Below, in pieces: positions 47,417 to 60,868 of a stretch of 61,191 nucleotides of DNA. Under the pieces are notes generated by a model. That model was given only the letters and a program-made list of their open reading frames with translations. It was not told where the DNA came from and did no database searches. The DNA is from Hydrolagus affinis (taxonomy: Eukaryota), in the NCBI GenBank assembly GCA_012026655.1, contig JAAILG010001848.1, positions 1 to 61,191 of the forward strand, read 5' to 3'. A program made the translations under genes and the position numbers. How positions within the stretch are numbered: position 1 is the first letter of the stretch; each line of letters starts with the position of its first letter.

Positions 47417-47703
47417 AATAATAATCCTTGCATTTGATATAGCACTTTTCACATCTTCTAGATATCTCAAAGTGCTTCACAGAATATACTGTAAAGTGAA
47501 TCTACTGTATATTTATGGGAGAAACGCATCAGACAATTGCACACAGCAGTGTCCCACAAACAATTGTGAATTCAAATGACCAATTTATTATTCTTTTTTC
47601 GAAGGATTGTGAGGTGAGTTCAGTAAGGAAACTTGCCCATGGTTTTGCCCTGCCTGGGAAATCTCGCTTGGTGGATGCTCTAACTACTGAGCTATAGGAC
47701 TCC
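47417..47703 (-). mobile_element. SINE family A copy
   Basis: Tail aataataatccttgcatttgatatagc to head ctaactactgagctataggactcc. Confidence 0.88.
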
Positions 47704-48476
47704 ACGATTGATTCTTCAATTGATTCTTGATGTGGAAGCCAGTTTTTTACAGATCTTAAATAGGCTGGATTGCAATTTACAACTGGATCTGAGAATTTTT
47801 TGCAATACTGCGTGATCCTAATTATTAAGATAAGGCATGTTCTTACAGACATACTGTGTGAGTTGTGCCCTGTACTGGGTAGCAAACATCTATCACCTAA
47901 TGAGGGGACGGGAGGGTGAGTGTTCTGGAAGGACGAGATCAGATGGGCTGAAGCTTTTATTGTTCAGGCCAATCTTGTGATCTTTACCAAACTCCACCCT
48001 TGTCCCCAAGGGAGATACATGTCATCATCCTCATCCATGATTTACAGCCGCGCTCCACACTAGCTTTAACATCTCCAATGCTTTAGCTGGCATTCTTCGG
48101 TCTTGTCTTTCTCACTTGCTGTTCCTACCTCATTTGTTCTGCTCCACATTTGAGGGTGAACTTTAAATGCCCTAACTCCTCAAATTCACTTCCACAATCA
48201 CTTTACATTGCTACATTTCAAATTGAGACACTCATCCTATACAAAAGGTGCTAAGCAAGCGCAAATTGTTGTATTATTCATGAGTACCTGGTGAAATCCA
48301 TTGATCTAATTCAATGAGGTACAGTTAGAAACAGAAAAACTGTAGCTATTATCCATACACTTTACAGTATATTCTGTGAAGCGCTTTGAGACGTCTAGAA
48401 TCCGTCTAGAAGACGCTATGTCAAATGCAAAGATTATTATTTATTACACAAGCAGCAACGAAGAGGGTGGACTAAC

Positions 48477-48568
48477 CTTTGACCTGATGCAATGGCAATG
48501 GGAGATGGTCCATTTGGTGGTCGAGGCTCCTCACAAGTCCTCATTTCCACTTCTACTTTATCCAGGAA
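48477..48568 (-). CDS. BLTP3A: BLTP3A exon 4
   Basis: tttctctctcAG|FLDKVEVEMRTCEEPRPPNGPSPIAIASGQ(S)|GTtagt; 92 nt. Confidence 0.96.
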
Positions 48569-49009
48569 CTGAGAGAGAAAATATCAGAAAGCGAGGATAA
48601 AGGGTAAAGATACAAGAAAGGGCCATATTTTGAATGAAGGGACGTCTTCCTGATGTGAAAGGCGCTATTACAAATGTAATTTTGTTGTTGTTGGAAGTTG
48701 ACAGTTTTTGCAGTTATGATCACAACTGGAAATGTCAGCAGGACAAAAGCGAACAGCGCCATGGAATTACCGGTTTAAGGACAAACAAAGGATCTGGCCC
48801 AGATTCAGCAAATCTTAAAGAAGTTATGCAAATTAAAACAGAAATGCTGAGGTCAGCAGCAGATGAATCAACAGTGGGGTGAGAGAGAGGTATGTGGATG
48901 CTTGGGTGTTGCCCTACAATGGAATTTGGATTATTTACTGAAGCTGACATCTGTAAACATTAACCCAATCCAGAGCTCATGATTGCAAGCATCTTTAGCC
49001 TTTTTATAG

Positions 49010-49290
49010 CAACGTAAGGAATCACTCTTCCTCTTGTAACCTGTTGAAATCTATTCAATGGGGCGCAGGAATGAATATGGTGGCAATTTAGATGTTTAGC
49101 AGGGATGCTTTCTGAAGTCACTTTAATTCTCTGCTGGGTTAATCTTAGCTGAGGAAAGTAGGTGCGAGAGAAGGGAACCGAGGGGAATGGTAGGAGGCTA
49201 AGATGGGGAGAATTAGATGTGGAGAACAAACACTGGCCAAGGACTAGACGGGCCAAATAACCTGTTTCTGTGCTGCAGATTTTGTGTAAT
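49010..49290 (+). mobile_element. Degraded CR1 3' fragment
   Basis: gtggagaacaaacactggccaaggactagacgggccaaataacctgtttctgtgctg tail. Confidence 0.6.
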
Positions 49291-49628
49291 TAATATTTAA
49301 TTACGTCCTCCTGACGTGAAAGGCACCCTATAAATGTAATTTTGTGGTTGTTGTTAATATGATACACATTAGGATGACAGAAAGTGTTTGATCTGCATGG
49401 TTTAACAAGCAATTTTATCATGTACAAAACCGTGCCAGTTACAACACAGAAATATGTCCTGGGCGGCTGGTGGGAGGAACCTCGTATTGCTGCTGTTGGG
49501 GCCGCTCTTCTTAGCTTTTGACTCAGAAAAGGAGTGGAACTTGGCTAACGTCTGGTCTGCTAGCAACAATCACATGTTTGGGTTTTCAAACACTTTGAAG
49601 CTGATAAAAAAAATTGCGACTTTCTTAC

Positions 49629-49667
49629 CAGACAAATGGGATGGGTCTTCAGTTTCGTCCATTGTAT
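49629..49667 (-). CDS. BLTP3A: BLTP3A exon 3 (39 nt)
   Basis: ctctcttcAG|IQWTKLKTHPICL|GTaaga. Confidence 0.95.
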
Positions 49668-51079
49668 CTGAAGAGAGGAAAACGTCCAGTAAGTCTGTGG
49701 TAACTCATAGCGAGCGGTATCAAACCCAATAACACCATCTCTAAATTCACTATTAAAGCCACGGCCATTTCCAATTTATTTGGCACATTATACCACTTTG
49801 CTCAGTATTTTCAAAATTATCCATGATGGGATACGCTCATCTTACTGCCCCCAGCCAGCATACCCCAGTACATTGTGAACGTATAATAAAACATACAGAG
49901 ATAACAAATTCGATCATTCAAAGTAGAATACAATTTCCGAGTGTGGTACAGAGTGAACCCAAAGTAAATACACCGAAGATAACCTGCACCATGGCACAGA
50001 GAAGATTGGTGACATCCACACAATTAAAGCTGGGATTGTTCAGCTGGATTCAACTAAACACTATGAAGTGTTGCTTAGAAACTAATGGGCACAGTCTAGT
50101 GAAATGACTTGAGGGATTAGTATCAGGCGTGTGGAGGAAGGAAAGATTCAGAAATCACAGTTATAGAAATAATAATTCTTCCATTTGAAATAGTACCCGA
50201 TCAAGTCATTGAGACGAATCATTGCGCATCACAGGATATACTGTTACTGTATAGTGGACTGTGGGTGATGGGAGTGAGCGACCAATTATCATAATTGGGA
50301 CACTGCTGACCAGGACACCGGGAGAAACACCCTTCTCGTTTTGAATAGTGCCATGGTTCTGCCACCGGGGATTGACTCAAGTTCAATATTAGGTGAAACG
50401 GAAATAAAGCTGATGCGAAAGGAGCAAGAAAACAATGGAAAAATGGGGAAAAAGACAGCAGACAAAAAACAACTTATTTTTACTCCCATTTTTGGGGCCT
50501 TTTTTTTTGTCTCCCTCTCTACCTTTTCATCCTGAAGTCTCTCTCTCTCTCTGTATCTGAAGCTGATTAGAAGCAAGACATTATGAGAACAATTGTATGA
50601 GATCAAGCTTGAAAAATGTTAAGAATCACTGATTGAGACAAGTCTGGTTCAAACAAGATCTTCTCTCTCATTCCACTGTTTGGGGTGAGGGAAGAAGGTT
50701 TCGAAATTTTGTCTGTGTTACTTACTGTTGACTAACTCGGCTTCATCCATTGATACATATAACACTTTGAAATATGTTAATAGATAAGAGTGATACATCA
50801 CAAAATAAACAAGCTGTTTTTACTGCTACATGGTTACGGCCCAAACTTCTGCTGCTCAATAGTTGGGTGCTGCATTACTGCTGATATTGTTCATCTTACA
50901 ACGAGTGCCATTCATATGAGGTTAGAGCTAATACTCCTTCAGTCATGTGAGTGTACTGAATCACAGCCAGCACAATCCTGTCACTTACCATCAAGGAAAC
51001 CCGACAGTGATCAAGAGCAGAAACAATAGCTGATTTCCCACCTTACATCAAAGGACATTGTATCCTCCTATCACCAACA

Positions 51080-51393
51080 GTAATGATAATAATCTTTGCA
51101 TTTGATACGGTGCTTTTCACATCTTTTGGACATCTCAAAGCTCTTCACAGAACATACTGTAAAGTGAACTGAATGTATTTTGTGGGGAAAAAGGCAGCAG
51201 CCAATTTCACACAGCAGTTTCCCACAAACAGTCATGGACTGAAGTCACCAATTTATTATTGCTTGTTTTTCGAGGGATTATTATCAGGCATGTGAAGTAA
51301 GGAAACTTGTCCAAAGTTTCACCTTGCCTGGAATCGAATCCAGGTTTCTCACTTGCAAGGTGAGTGCTGTAACCACTGAGCCATATGACTCCA
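51080..51393 (-). mobile_element. SINE family A, full-length short variant
   Basis: Minus head ggagtcatatggctcagtggttacagcactcaccttgcaagtgagaaacctggattcgattcc. Confidence 0.88.
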
Positions 51394-52739
51394 CATGTAA
51401 GATTCATTCGAGTGATTCCCAGGATTATTGTTACTATATGGATAAAATGGTGGTTTGGCTTGCTCGTCTAAATAGCACAACAGAGCTAACTGCCCTTTAC
51501 TGTGGGTATAAAACATGTAAAAACAGGAAGGACAAAGGCTAGCAGACCTTCTAAATACCATCGCTCATTGTCTCTATGAGGTTCTGTCCACACCAGGGTG
51601 TGAAAACACCCTGGAACTTCCTTCTGAGGTGGAAAGCACTATATAAATTAAATTTTGTTGTTGTTGTTGAAAGAGATGAATGTGGTACAGAAATGCTGCT
51701 GTAAACAAACTACAATGTCTGTGCTAGCGTCCAGCCTCTCAGCCCTCTATGAATTGATTAGCTCGTTGAAGTTCATAAACTTGATGTTCAATGGACAAAA
51801 GGCTATATCATCTTTAATGGTTTGTTAAAATTCAAAGAAAAAAAACAAGAATTTGCTGTAAGCAAACTAAGCTGTGAAAACACTTATCTGTGAGACAGAG
51901 TCAACCCTGGAGATGACAGGACAACACTTCTGACTGTCTGCAGCGAGAACTATCAACTTGTTACAAACAGCTGCTGTCGAAATTGTATTATGAAATGGAC
52001 TTTTGCATTTCGTTTTCTGTTTTTCTGTTTGATTCAATCCTTTATATTCTACACTGAAAATGGTATCTTACTCTTAGCAGATCTTTAACTCAATTCATAT
52101 AATCAGAAAATAAAACGGAAAAAAACAGTTGCTGTTTTCAACTCCTGTGTAAATGAGAGACTCAGAAACAAAATTCTGGTTTGTGAATTGTCTGTTCTGC
52201 TGCTGAGATTAGCAGGTTATTGGGACGTTAGTGGGTTATAGAGAGAAGTGGATAAAGCTGAAACCAGAGAAAGATACAAAATCTTAGCATCCCATTATAA
52301 TTTGATAAGAAGCTTCCTCAGGCCTATTGTACTTTATAATTGGTCATGCTTGAGAATGCTCCAACTGGAGTGAAGGTCAGTCTGAACCCAAGGGTACATA
52401 CTCAGATTAATAGAGCTACACTGCAGTATGCACAGTATGTATATTTGTCCTCGAATCAGGTAACATTCCAGAGTGCTCACAATCCTACTCATCTCTTTGC
52501 TGAGTCCAATAACACCCAAGAGCTGATGCCAGCCTTGTTATCAACTGAAAGATGAAACAGAGAAAGGCCATTTGTGACATCAAGGCAGTCCTGAAGCCAA
52601 TGTTGTACTGCAGACCTACTTACATAGCCGATAAGAGTTCCATTGGTTTGAACGCACCTCTTCAATAATTCTAATTGTAGACACACATGGTTTAGAGGAC
52701 CAATGGATGTACTTGTGTGTGATTCTACTTTGTACTTAC

Positions 52740-52902
52740 CCTGATAGCGGCCCTGTTGCAGTACACCCTTGTTATCGCCAACCAGGTGGGCAAATCTAGA
52801 ACATTCTGCAGCACTTCTTCATCCAGCTCCAGATTGGTCAACTGACCTTCTCCTTTGAGTGTACTTAGGTTGATTTTGTCTGGCGAGAGGTTCTTTGCAA
52901 AC
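52740..52902 (-). CDS. BLTP3A: BLTP3A exon 2 (chorein-N region)
   Basis: tgtgacAG|(R)FAKNLSPDKINLSTLKGEGQLTNLELDEEVLQNVLDLPTWLAITRVYCNRAAIR|GTaagt; 163 nt. Confidence 0.97.
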
Positions 52903-53804
52903 CTGTCACATCAAGCAATAGTGAGAATTAAACCACATTCCAGCAACAGGTCATTGCTAAAACCCATCATGATCACCCAAAATGTTTGCCTCATGTTTCA
53001 ACTTCTTATGTAGAACCAATTTGCAATGAAACAATCACAACCGGCCTCAGTGACGCTGGGTGAGAAAGAAGGAACGATTGCTACAGCCAGGGTCCTATTG
53101 TAAAAACCCAGGGCTTTGCCTGGAAATCGATACAGATGTTGGACACTGGGTGAGGAATAGTCGTGATGTTGTCTGAGACTCAATGTCTAGAGATATTTGG
53201 GTGAAGTACAGAAGGGTTTCAGTTACCCTGAATCTGTCCAGCATCCTTCAGCAGAAAAGGGAATACATTGGAGGGGAAACAATTCAAAAGCTATACCAGA
53301 ACTGCATTATCTGATTGAAAATCTGTCATGCCCATTCACCAATGGCTCACTTGCTAACCTGGGCTGTAAAGCCAATGAATTGGCAGGGGAAACAAAATAT
53401 AAACTATTCCAGAACTCATGAATAAAACAACTCACTCAATAAGTAATGGCAACTGCTTAACACATTAGTAAGTGCAGATACTGCAGGTCAATCAGTGCGC
53501 TGCTGACCATTCTCACTCTTGTCAAAACAAAACATTCCCTCAATGATCAGCATTATTCGGTTACACTAAATAATCTAATCCTCGGTATCGGGTGTGTTCG
53601 GGCGGGGGGGTGGAGGGGGAAAAGGAGGTTAAGGGTTAAGTAGGTGACACGCTAGGCTTGGCAATGGAATGATGGAATCAAGTCAACTCTGTAGAAGTGT
53701 CAGTATTTTGGTTTCTGAGCCGGGTCTGCAGTAGGTCAACCCGGCTCAGAGGAACAGACTACTGTTCGCAGGGATTCTTCAAACTAAACCGCGGTTTCAA
53801 ACTT

Positions 53805-54113
53805 GCCCCATTCTACCTCTGCGACCTCCTACCCCCTACCAACCTGCCCCCTACCTCCGCCTGCTCCATGTTCCCCGACCCACCCGCCCAAACATCAGCG
53901 GGTGAGCCTTCAGCCACTCTGCCCCCAACCTTTGGAGTTCCATCCCGCAATCCCTTCACCTCACCCCCTCCCAAGCCTCCTTCAGTCTCCACTCCCACTC
54001 CGTTCCCTACCCTCCCCGATCCCAACCCCAGTTCAGGTCTGAACCACTGAATGTCCTGGGCATTGGGACGTCCTCCCGATGTGAAAGTCGCTATAAAATG
54101 TAATTTTGTTGTT
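53805..54113 (+). mobile_element. L2 LINE 3' fragment
   Basis: LAPFYLCDLLPP...gagccttcagccactctgcccc...gggacgtcctcccgatgtgaaagtcgctataaaatgtaattttgttg. Confidence 0.85.
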
Positions 54114-54489
54114 AATTCATGATTTTTTCCCTCCCCCATCAAGTCTCTCAACATTAATCTTCAGACACTGCATGAAGTCACTATCAATCGCTGTTGGAGA
54201 GCATTGGAAAGAATAAAGATTTTTTTCTTTTGAATAATCATTGCTGTTTGCAGGATGTTGCCGATTTATGGTAATTGCTGCGGTTCTCCGTATAACAGCC
54301 ATTTCATTTCTAATTAAATCTTGTTCTGTAAAACACTTTGATAGATTCTTTGACTTCAGAGACTCTGTATAAATGTGAATTATTGTTGCAGTTGCTTGGA
54401 ATAAAAAACTGTACAAGCCGTCTTAAGGCAAACAGAAACCTTCTTCTCTTTTCAAACAGAGCTAGGCATGATTAAATTCCATGTGAGGA

Positions 54490-54700
54490 ACAACAACAGC
54501 AACTTTGATTTAAATAGTGCCCTCCACGCCGGACGGCATCTCAGAGCGCTTCACAATAACGGATCCCGGGACCGAGCCAGGGGGAGGGGGAAAAAGATGA
54601 CCGAAGGCGCGGTCGAAAAGAAAGGTCTTCAGCTGAGTCCTGAAACTAGGAAGAGAGGGGGCGAGGCGAAGGGAATGAGGAAGGGAGTTCCAGAGCTTAG
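54490..54700 (-). mobile_element. L2 LINE 3' fragment
   Basis: LWNSLPHSLRLAPSLPSFRTQLKTFLFDRAF on minus; tail at 54490-54555. Confidence 0.85.
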
Positions 54701-56147
54701 ATGGGAACATGTAGATGGGAACTCAGTTTAATGGCTTGAATAAAAGGCAGCACATCTGACAATCAAGCACTAGCCGGCACTTTGCTGGAGCACCAACACA
54801 CATTATGAGTTTAGGTTTTAATCTGGGTCTTGAACCCACAACCTTCAGACTTGAACCCCCAACCATCTGAGAGTGCTATTCACTGGGCCAGCCTGAATAT
54901 ACACACACAGTTTATACAAAGAAAGCGAAGCCATGAAATTGAGAGCCTGTAAAATCTTTACTTAGAGTAAAAATAAAGAGACCACAAAAACAACTCAGGC
55001 TATCAAACTATGGAGACTTTCAGCTGAATGCTCACTATTAATGCCTGAATTCCTTATGCTCCACCCCACTCCTCCAACCACCACAACCACAATGGCTCCC
55101 AGTTGGCTAGAAAGCTCAATTTAAAGATAAAAATTATCACTGAGTTTCTGGAAATCAGCGCTTTGAGACATCTTCCCAATGTGAAAGGCACTATACAAAT
55201 ACTGTAATTGTGTGTTGTAAATGAAAGTTAAATTCAGCTGAATCCTTCATGGAAACCCGATTATTTTACAAAGTACTCTCGGACGCTATCCTGCGCGAGG
55301 GGCATTATATAAATGCAAATTGTTATGGCTATACACATGTAAATTTGTTGTTGCTGTTTTTTCTTGTGGAGTCTCCATTCCCTCTCCCACCAACTCCCCA
55401 ACAACAGCAACATGTCTGTATGCAGCACAATTGCTTGCCCATAGGATGAACGTATCAAAGCTCTTCACAAAGGTGATGGGTATCACTGAGGGAATGGGGG
55501 GAAGTTTAAAGGTATTGCCCAAAAGGAGTCAAAGAAAGATGTTTTTAAAATGGTTTTGAAAGGCATAAGCCGTGAGGAAAATAAATCTTGGGAGAGAAAT
55601 CCAGAGTGGAGGGATCCATGTGGAATCCCCCGACATGTTCTGTCTGCCTCATTCCTGAAGTCGCAGAATTCCAGGACATGGTTTCTCCACAACTGCAACA
55701 TTGTCTGTTTTGGATAAGTCTACAGGATGAGAACTTGTAACAGGCAAAACTAGGCAATGTTCCCTCCTATGGAAAAACTCATCACAAGGTTTTTCACCTG
55801 AGGATGGGGCAGGGCACCCTCATTATATACCCCAAATGTTCCACCCTCAGGTTTATCTTTCGGGTTAGCTGGCCTGGAAGATCGGTTTCCATTTGTGTCA
55901 GATACGTAGTTCACCAAAGATAATTTGAGGGTTTAAGCAACAAGCAGCACCCAAGCAACAAACACTCTGATAATTCAAATTAGTGCCCAACAGATTGTGT
56001 GCGAAGGGCTTTTAAAACAATATCGCAAGATCGATTCAGATGAAGCAGACCTTTCAGGCCGTCTGATCTCATCCCTCCAGAACACTCACCCTAACATTTT
56101 CCCATCACAGCATTAAGCTGCTCTGATCACCTGATTCCCCGCATTAG

Positions 56148-56340
56148 TTTTTAGACATCAAGTCCTGGATGAGAGCTAACTTTCTACAATCGAATGTCAA
56201 CAAGATCCCACTTTCCCCTCCCTTCCCTCCACCCTCTCCAATCCCAACCCCTGCTTGGGTCTGAAACACTGAATGTCCAGCGCCTTGAAACGTCCTCCCG
56301 ACATGAAAAGCACTATAAAAATGTAATTTTCTTCTTGTTG
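56148..56340 (+). mobile_element. Internally deleted L2 fragment
   Basis: gacatcaagtcctggatgagagctaactttctaca (cf. 37190-37230) joined directly to the 3' tail. Confidence 0.7.
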
Positions 56341-57076
56341 CTCGGAGTTCAACCCCATCACTGTGCAGCACTCCAAGACATGATAGTTAAGAAAGGCACT
56401 ATATAAATGCAGGTTGTTGCGTCAATATAATGTGGCTTCCAATGCTTACTGGAGTCAGACAGATCTGCCAGTAAAGTAACTCCACTCTGCTTGGCAGCAT
56501 TAAGCAGAGATTTCCAGGCAATTGAGTTTTGTCAATGACCTATGGAATGAAACCAAAAGGATGTTTTAAATCATAATTTGAATTGTGTGGATTATAAACA
56601 CCAGCTAATTGAGCTAAAGGCCCTTTGACCTAATTTAAATGAGGCATAGTTTGCGATGGCCCAATACCCTTTACTATCTAAGCGATATATCTTAGATAGG
56701 TACCTTAGAAATATTGCTTCCCGTCTTCATAAGGGAAGTGTGCTGGAGAGAACTGGTGAGTGACGACAATCAAACTTCAGATAGTGGCACAGAAAGCGCC
56801 AATTTGCAAGAATATGGAGAAGAGTGAGAAGAGAAATACAGAAGTGGAGGAAGAACACATGCTCAGACCTTGTAACTTCCTCTATAATGTGGTATCTGAG
56901 GTCCCATCAACCTGTTCAGGCTGACGTTAAAAATCCCATGGTACTGTTCAAAAATTTCCGGTGTCCTGACCAACAATCCCCCCACAAAAAATTGGTCATT
57001 CACTTCATGGTTGTCTGTGATACGTTGTCGTGTGAAAATTAGCAGCAGCGTATTATCATTAGATGCATTACATCAA

Positions 57077-57605
57077 TCATAGAATCTTATAGCACAGGAG
57101 GCCATAACAACTCTTTGGGTAAAAAAAATTCTCCTTGTTTCCATTCTGGTTCTTTTACCAATTATCTTAAGTCTGTGTTCTCTGGTTAGCAACCCACCCG
57201 CCAGAGGAAATAGTTTCTCCCTTTCTACTCTATCAAAACCCTTCATAATTTTGAACACTCTATCAAATCTCCCCTCAATCTTCTCTGCTCTAAGGAGAAT
57301 AATCCCAGCCTCTCTAGTTTCTCCTGAAGATCCCAGCCTCTCTAATCTCTCCTGAAGTCCCTCATCCCTGGTACCATTCTGGTAAATCTCTTTTGCACCC
57401 TCTCCAAGGCCCCGAGCACATCCTAAAATATGATGCATTACCAATGATTTTGTAAAGATTTAATAGAACTTCCATGCTTTATATTCTATGCCTGCTCCAT
57501 CTCCACCAGCCCCATCGGTCACTCCAAGTGTAATTTTGGTGTTATTGTTGACTCTATTTATAAAGCCAAGGATCCCGTATACTTTTTAACACGTTGTCAA
57601 CTTAT
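57077..57605 (-). mobile_element. CR1 LINE 3' fragment with internal 28-bp tandem duplication (57302-57357)
   Basis: VFKIMKGFDRVEREKLFPLAGGLLTREHRLKIIGKR...IFFTQRVV; catagaatc tail. Confidence 0.9.
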
Positions 57606-57612
57606 CCAAATT

Positions 57613-57755
57613 AATAATGCATTTGATATAGCTCCTTATCACGTCTGATATAAAGTAAAGTACATTTTGTGGGTGATATGCGGCAACCAATTGCACACAT
57701 CAGTGATCCACAAACTGTCGTGGATTGAGTGACCAAATTATTATTATTATTATTT
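57613..57755 (-). mobile_element. SINE family A, 3' fragment
   Basis: gcatttgatatagc...ggcaaccaattgcacacatcagtgatccacaaactgtcgtggattgagtgacc. Confidence 0.8.
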
Positions 57756-57974
57756 TAAACTAAATTAAAACCAAATTGAAGAATTTTTTTTAAAATTCTG
57801 CACAATTTTAAAGTATAATCACTGGGCTTCAGGCAGACTATGAGCATCATCTAGATGCCAATCTTTGGGTTTGTTGTATGTTTCACGCCACAGAGCAATC
57901 ATTGAGGGGTAGATTGTGCTGGATAAAGAGACATGAATGCAATTGCGGTCTAAATGCTTCTAAACATACACTAA

Positions 57975-58360
57975 TTCTTGTGTTTCATATTGCATCTTAT
58001 CACGTTAATGTAATGTCTCAAAGCCGGAAGGTTTTCATTGGCGTGATAGGGTGCTATCACAGGGTTTTACTGTGATAAACTGTACATTTTGTGGGCAAAC
58101 TCAACAGCCAATAATTGTAGGGCAATGTCCCATATACAGGCATGAAGTGATTGGCCAATATTATTTGGGGGATTGTTGACCAGTACACCAGGAGAAACTC
58201 CCTTTTCTCTTTAACGTCCACCTGAACAGGCAGATGTTGGTTTAACATCTCATTCGTAGCTTAGGGTCACATATGCAGATCTGTTCCACACAATGTTAAG
58301 AGCCCAAATGCACAACCCACGTCTTACTGGGAAATGAAAGTGTTAACAATAGAATCAAGC
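57975..58360 (-). mobile_element. Deu-domain SINE
   Basis: gacacc/acaccaggagaaactccc...tttaacgtccacctgaacaggcagat...ggtttaacatctcat, reverse complement of the Deu core. Confidence 0.7.
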
Positions 58361-59299
58361 TCTCAAAACCTACCTCAAACCTACATACGGCAGTTGTATA
58401 AAAATGTTTTGAGTTAAATTAAATCTTCAGATGAAAACATTTAATTATCTGGAAACAGGCTTCTCTTCAAAGCCTCAACGTTTATTTTTATAGCACCCGT
58501 TATGTAGGATAATATCTCATAGCGCCAGTTTCAGACACCAAGCAAAGGAGAGGGGAGGTGACCATATACTGTACCATGTACTATTGTTAGAGAGAGAGGG
58601 GGTGAGATAGAGGGAGCTCCAGGGAGTTCAGCCACCAATGGAGGTGTGAATGGGTGGCAGGGAATGTATAACAAGCTGGAGTATCCAAGCCAACGAGTGG
58701 AACAGGAGATCACCCAAATAGTGTGACTGTGAGAACCTTGAAATGGATCCATTGGGAGAGAGTAGAGCCTGGGGTGACGGGTTGGAGGTCTCAATATACC
58801 TCACAGGATATGTTGTAAAGTGCAGTGACTGCATATTTTGTGCGAAACGCGTCTGGCAATTTGGTGCGAGTGAGGAAATGTTTAGAAAGGATTACAAATA
58901 CGATGGAGACGGCTCAGGCTGTTTAAAAGACGCTTGGCCATTTTCAAGCCAGAACTGTGCTAAAAAGCCGCTTACATTTCCAACTACTAGAATTGTTTTG
59001 AAGGTTTACCAGAAGAAAAGTTAAAACTCTGCTCAGATCCCATACCTTCGCCATGTCCTCTGACCCAGTTCTGTCCAGACCTTCTGTTCCTCCAATTCTG
59101 GTTTATGACCATACTTGTCCCTCATTCCCTTGACCACAGGCCACGAGGAAACTCTCTCCCCAAATGCCTTCCCTCTCTTTTTTCAAAACCCTCTCAAAAA
59201 TATATCTCTTTGGCCATAGTCAACACCTTTAAATTCCCCCTCCTTTTTCCTCCTGCTCTGGGTCTCAGATAAAGTCCACAAGTAAATGGAAAGGTTAGG

Positions 59300-59515
59300 A
59301 GACTTTTTTTTCCTGCAGAATGGATAGGATGTGTGATGCCCTGCTGGAAGCAGTGGTTAAAGCAGGATCCATTTTAGCTTTTAAAAGAGAACTAGACAGA
59401 TATCTAAAAAGGAATAAATTAAAGGGGTGAGGTGAAAAGGTAGGTAAATGGGACTGAATGGATTGCCCTTCTAAGAGCATCATAGAGACAATAGACTGAA
59501 TGGCCTTCTTACATG
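59300..59515 (+). mobile_element. CR1 LINE 3' fragment
   Basis: gcagaatggataggatgtgtgatgccctgctggaagcagtggtt...tttaaaagagaactagacag...gactgaatggccttct. Confidence 0.75.
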
Positions 59516-59519
59516 CTAT

Positions 59520-59830
59520 TATTATTAGTAATAGTAATAATAATTCCTGCATTTGATGTAGCAAATCATCGTTGAGATGTCTCAAAGTGATTCGCTGAAA
59601 ATATTGTAAGTGAATTGACTGTGCATTTTGTGGGTGAAATGTGGCGGCCAATTGCTCACAGCAGTGCCCCAGTCGTGGATTGAGTGACCAATTTTTTTTA
59701 AATTTAATGGATTATTACCCCTAGAAAGCGATCCATCAATTGGGCTAACAACTTGCTTCAGGTTTTGCCCGGGAATTAAACCTGGGTCCTTTCACTTTAA
59801 AAGCGAGTGCACTCACAGCTACAATATGAG
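59520..59830 (-). mobile_element. SINE family A copy
   Basis: Tail aataataattcctgcatttgat; core ggcggccaattgctcacagcagtg; head gggaattaaacctgggtcc...gagtgcactc. Confidence 0.8.
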
Positions 59831-60561
59831 ACCTAATATTCTAAGTGAATTACAGTGAAGGGCAGATTGTCTGTTTTTAACACAAGAGAGCATACAGTTG
59901 AGACTGATTCTGCCCCTTGTCCAACCTCCATTACACAATGACATTAGCAGTGTACCAGGTGGTGATGCGAGAGAGGACTCTGACTGATTCCCCTCACAAA
60001 CTGGGTGCACTGAGGCCATTTCCACCATCCCCAGTGCCAGATGTTCCAGTTAATTGTGCGAGTGGCACATACACAATCCACCAAAGTGAAGTATGAATGT
60101 AAAGACCAATAATTTACATTTAAGTAGCATTTTTCATGTAGGGAGGACATTTTAAAGCACCTCACAGAGTTGAGGATGAGGAGAAAGATGAGCAACAACA
60201 GTCAACAAGATCAGTTTTGAAGGAGAAGGCGAGGTGGAGGGATTCCAGGATTGAGTTCCTTTGAGACAAATAGCTCAAAACTCACCCACTAATGTTAATG
60301 AGGGTCTGCTGCCGGCCAGGACAGGAGAGTTGCAGGGGTAGGGTGGGGCGAGGCCATGTGAGACTGATACAGCACACACTAGTGTAGTGTAATGACTATT
60401 TTGTAGCTCTGCTTGTACTACACAAGTACCAATTTTTTTTAAAAGGCAATTTGTGTCGAAAATGGTTGTCAATTAACTGGTCTCATTAACAACAAATGAA
60501 TGTAACCAGATTAGCAGCTGATATTCTATCCACCTGTGGATGTCTGCTCAGGTGGTGTGGG

Positions 60562-60868
60562 AATAATAATAATAGTAATCCTTGCATTTGATATAGCGCT
60601 TTTCACGTTTTCTAGGTGTCTCAAAGCACTTCACAGAATACACTGTAAAGTGAATTGACTGTACATATGTGGGTGAAAAGTGGCAACCAATTGTGCACAG
60701 CAGTGTCCCACAAACAGTCGTGAATTGAAATGACCCAATTTTTTTCGAGGGAGATTATTATTAGATGTGTGGAGTATGGAAAGTTGCCCAAGGTTTCGCC
60801 CTGCCTGGAACTGAACCCAGGCCTCTCGCTTGCAAGGTGAGTGCTCTAACCACTGAGCTACAGGATCC
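60562..60868 (-). mobile_element. SINE family A, full-length short variant
   Basis: Minus head ggatcctgtagctcagtggttagagcactcaccttgcaagcgagaggcctgggttcagttcc; complete tail. Confidence 0.92.

Larger units (their letters stand above)
10146..52902 (-). other. BLTP3A: BLTP3A (UHRF1BP1) gene body, coding exons 2-21; exon 1 not in window
   Basis: 20 phase-consistent GT-AG exons totalling 4441 nt. N-terminal chorein-like segment (GEGQLTNLELDEEVLQNV...WLAITRVYCNRA) and C-terminus (LLQEIRKLNPEFDL) fit BLTP3A better than paralog BLTP3B; convergent TAF11 neighbour as in human. Confidence 0.95.

Noticed and set aside
51786-51800. gttcaatggacaaaa (VQWTK) resembling exon 3
   Set aside because: Wrong strand and no continuation; the real exon 3 is at 49629-49667
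10263-52739. Intronic snoRNA or miRNA genes in BLTP3A
   Set aside because: No convincing C/D or H/ACA box arrangement recognised by eye; the hairpins seen are explained by MITEs. A covariance-model (Rfam) scan would be needed to exclude them
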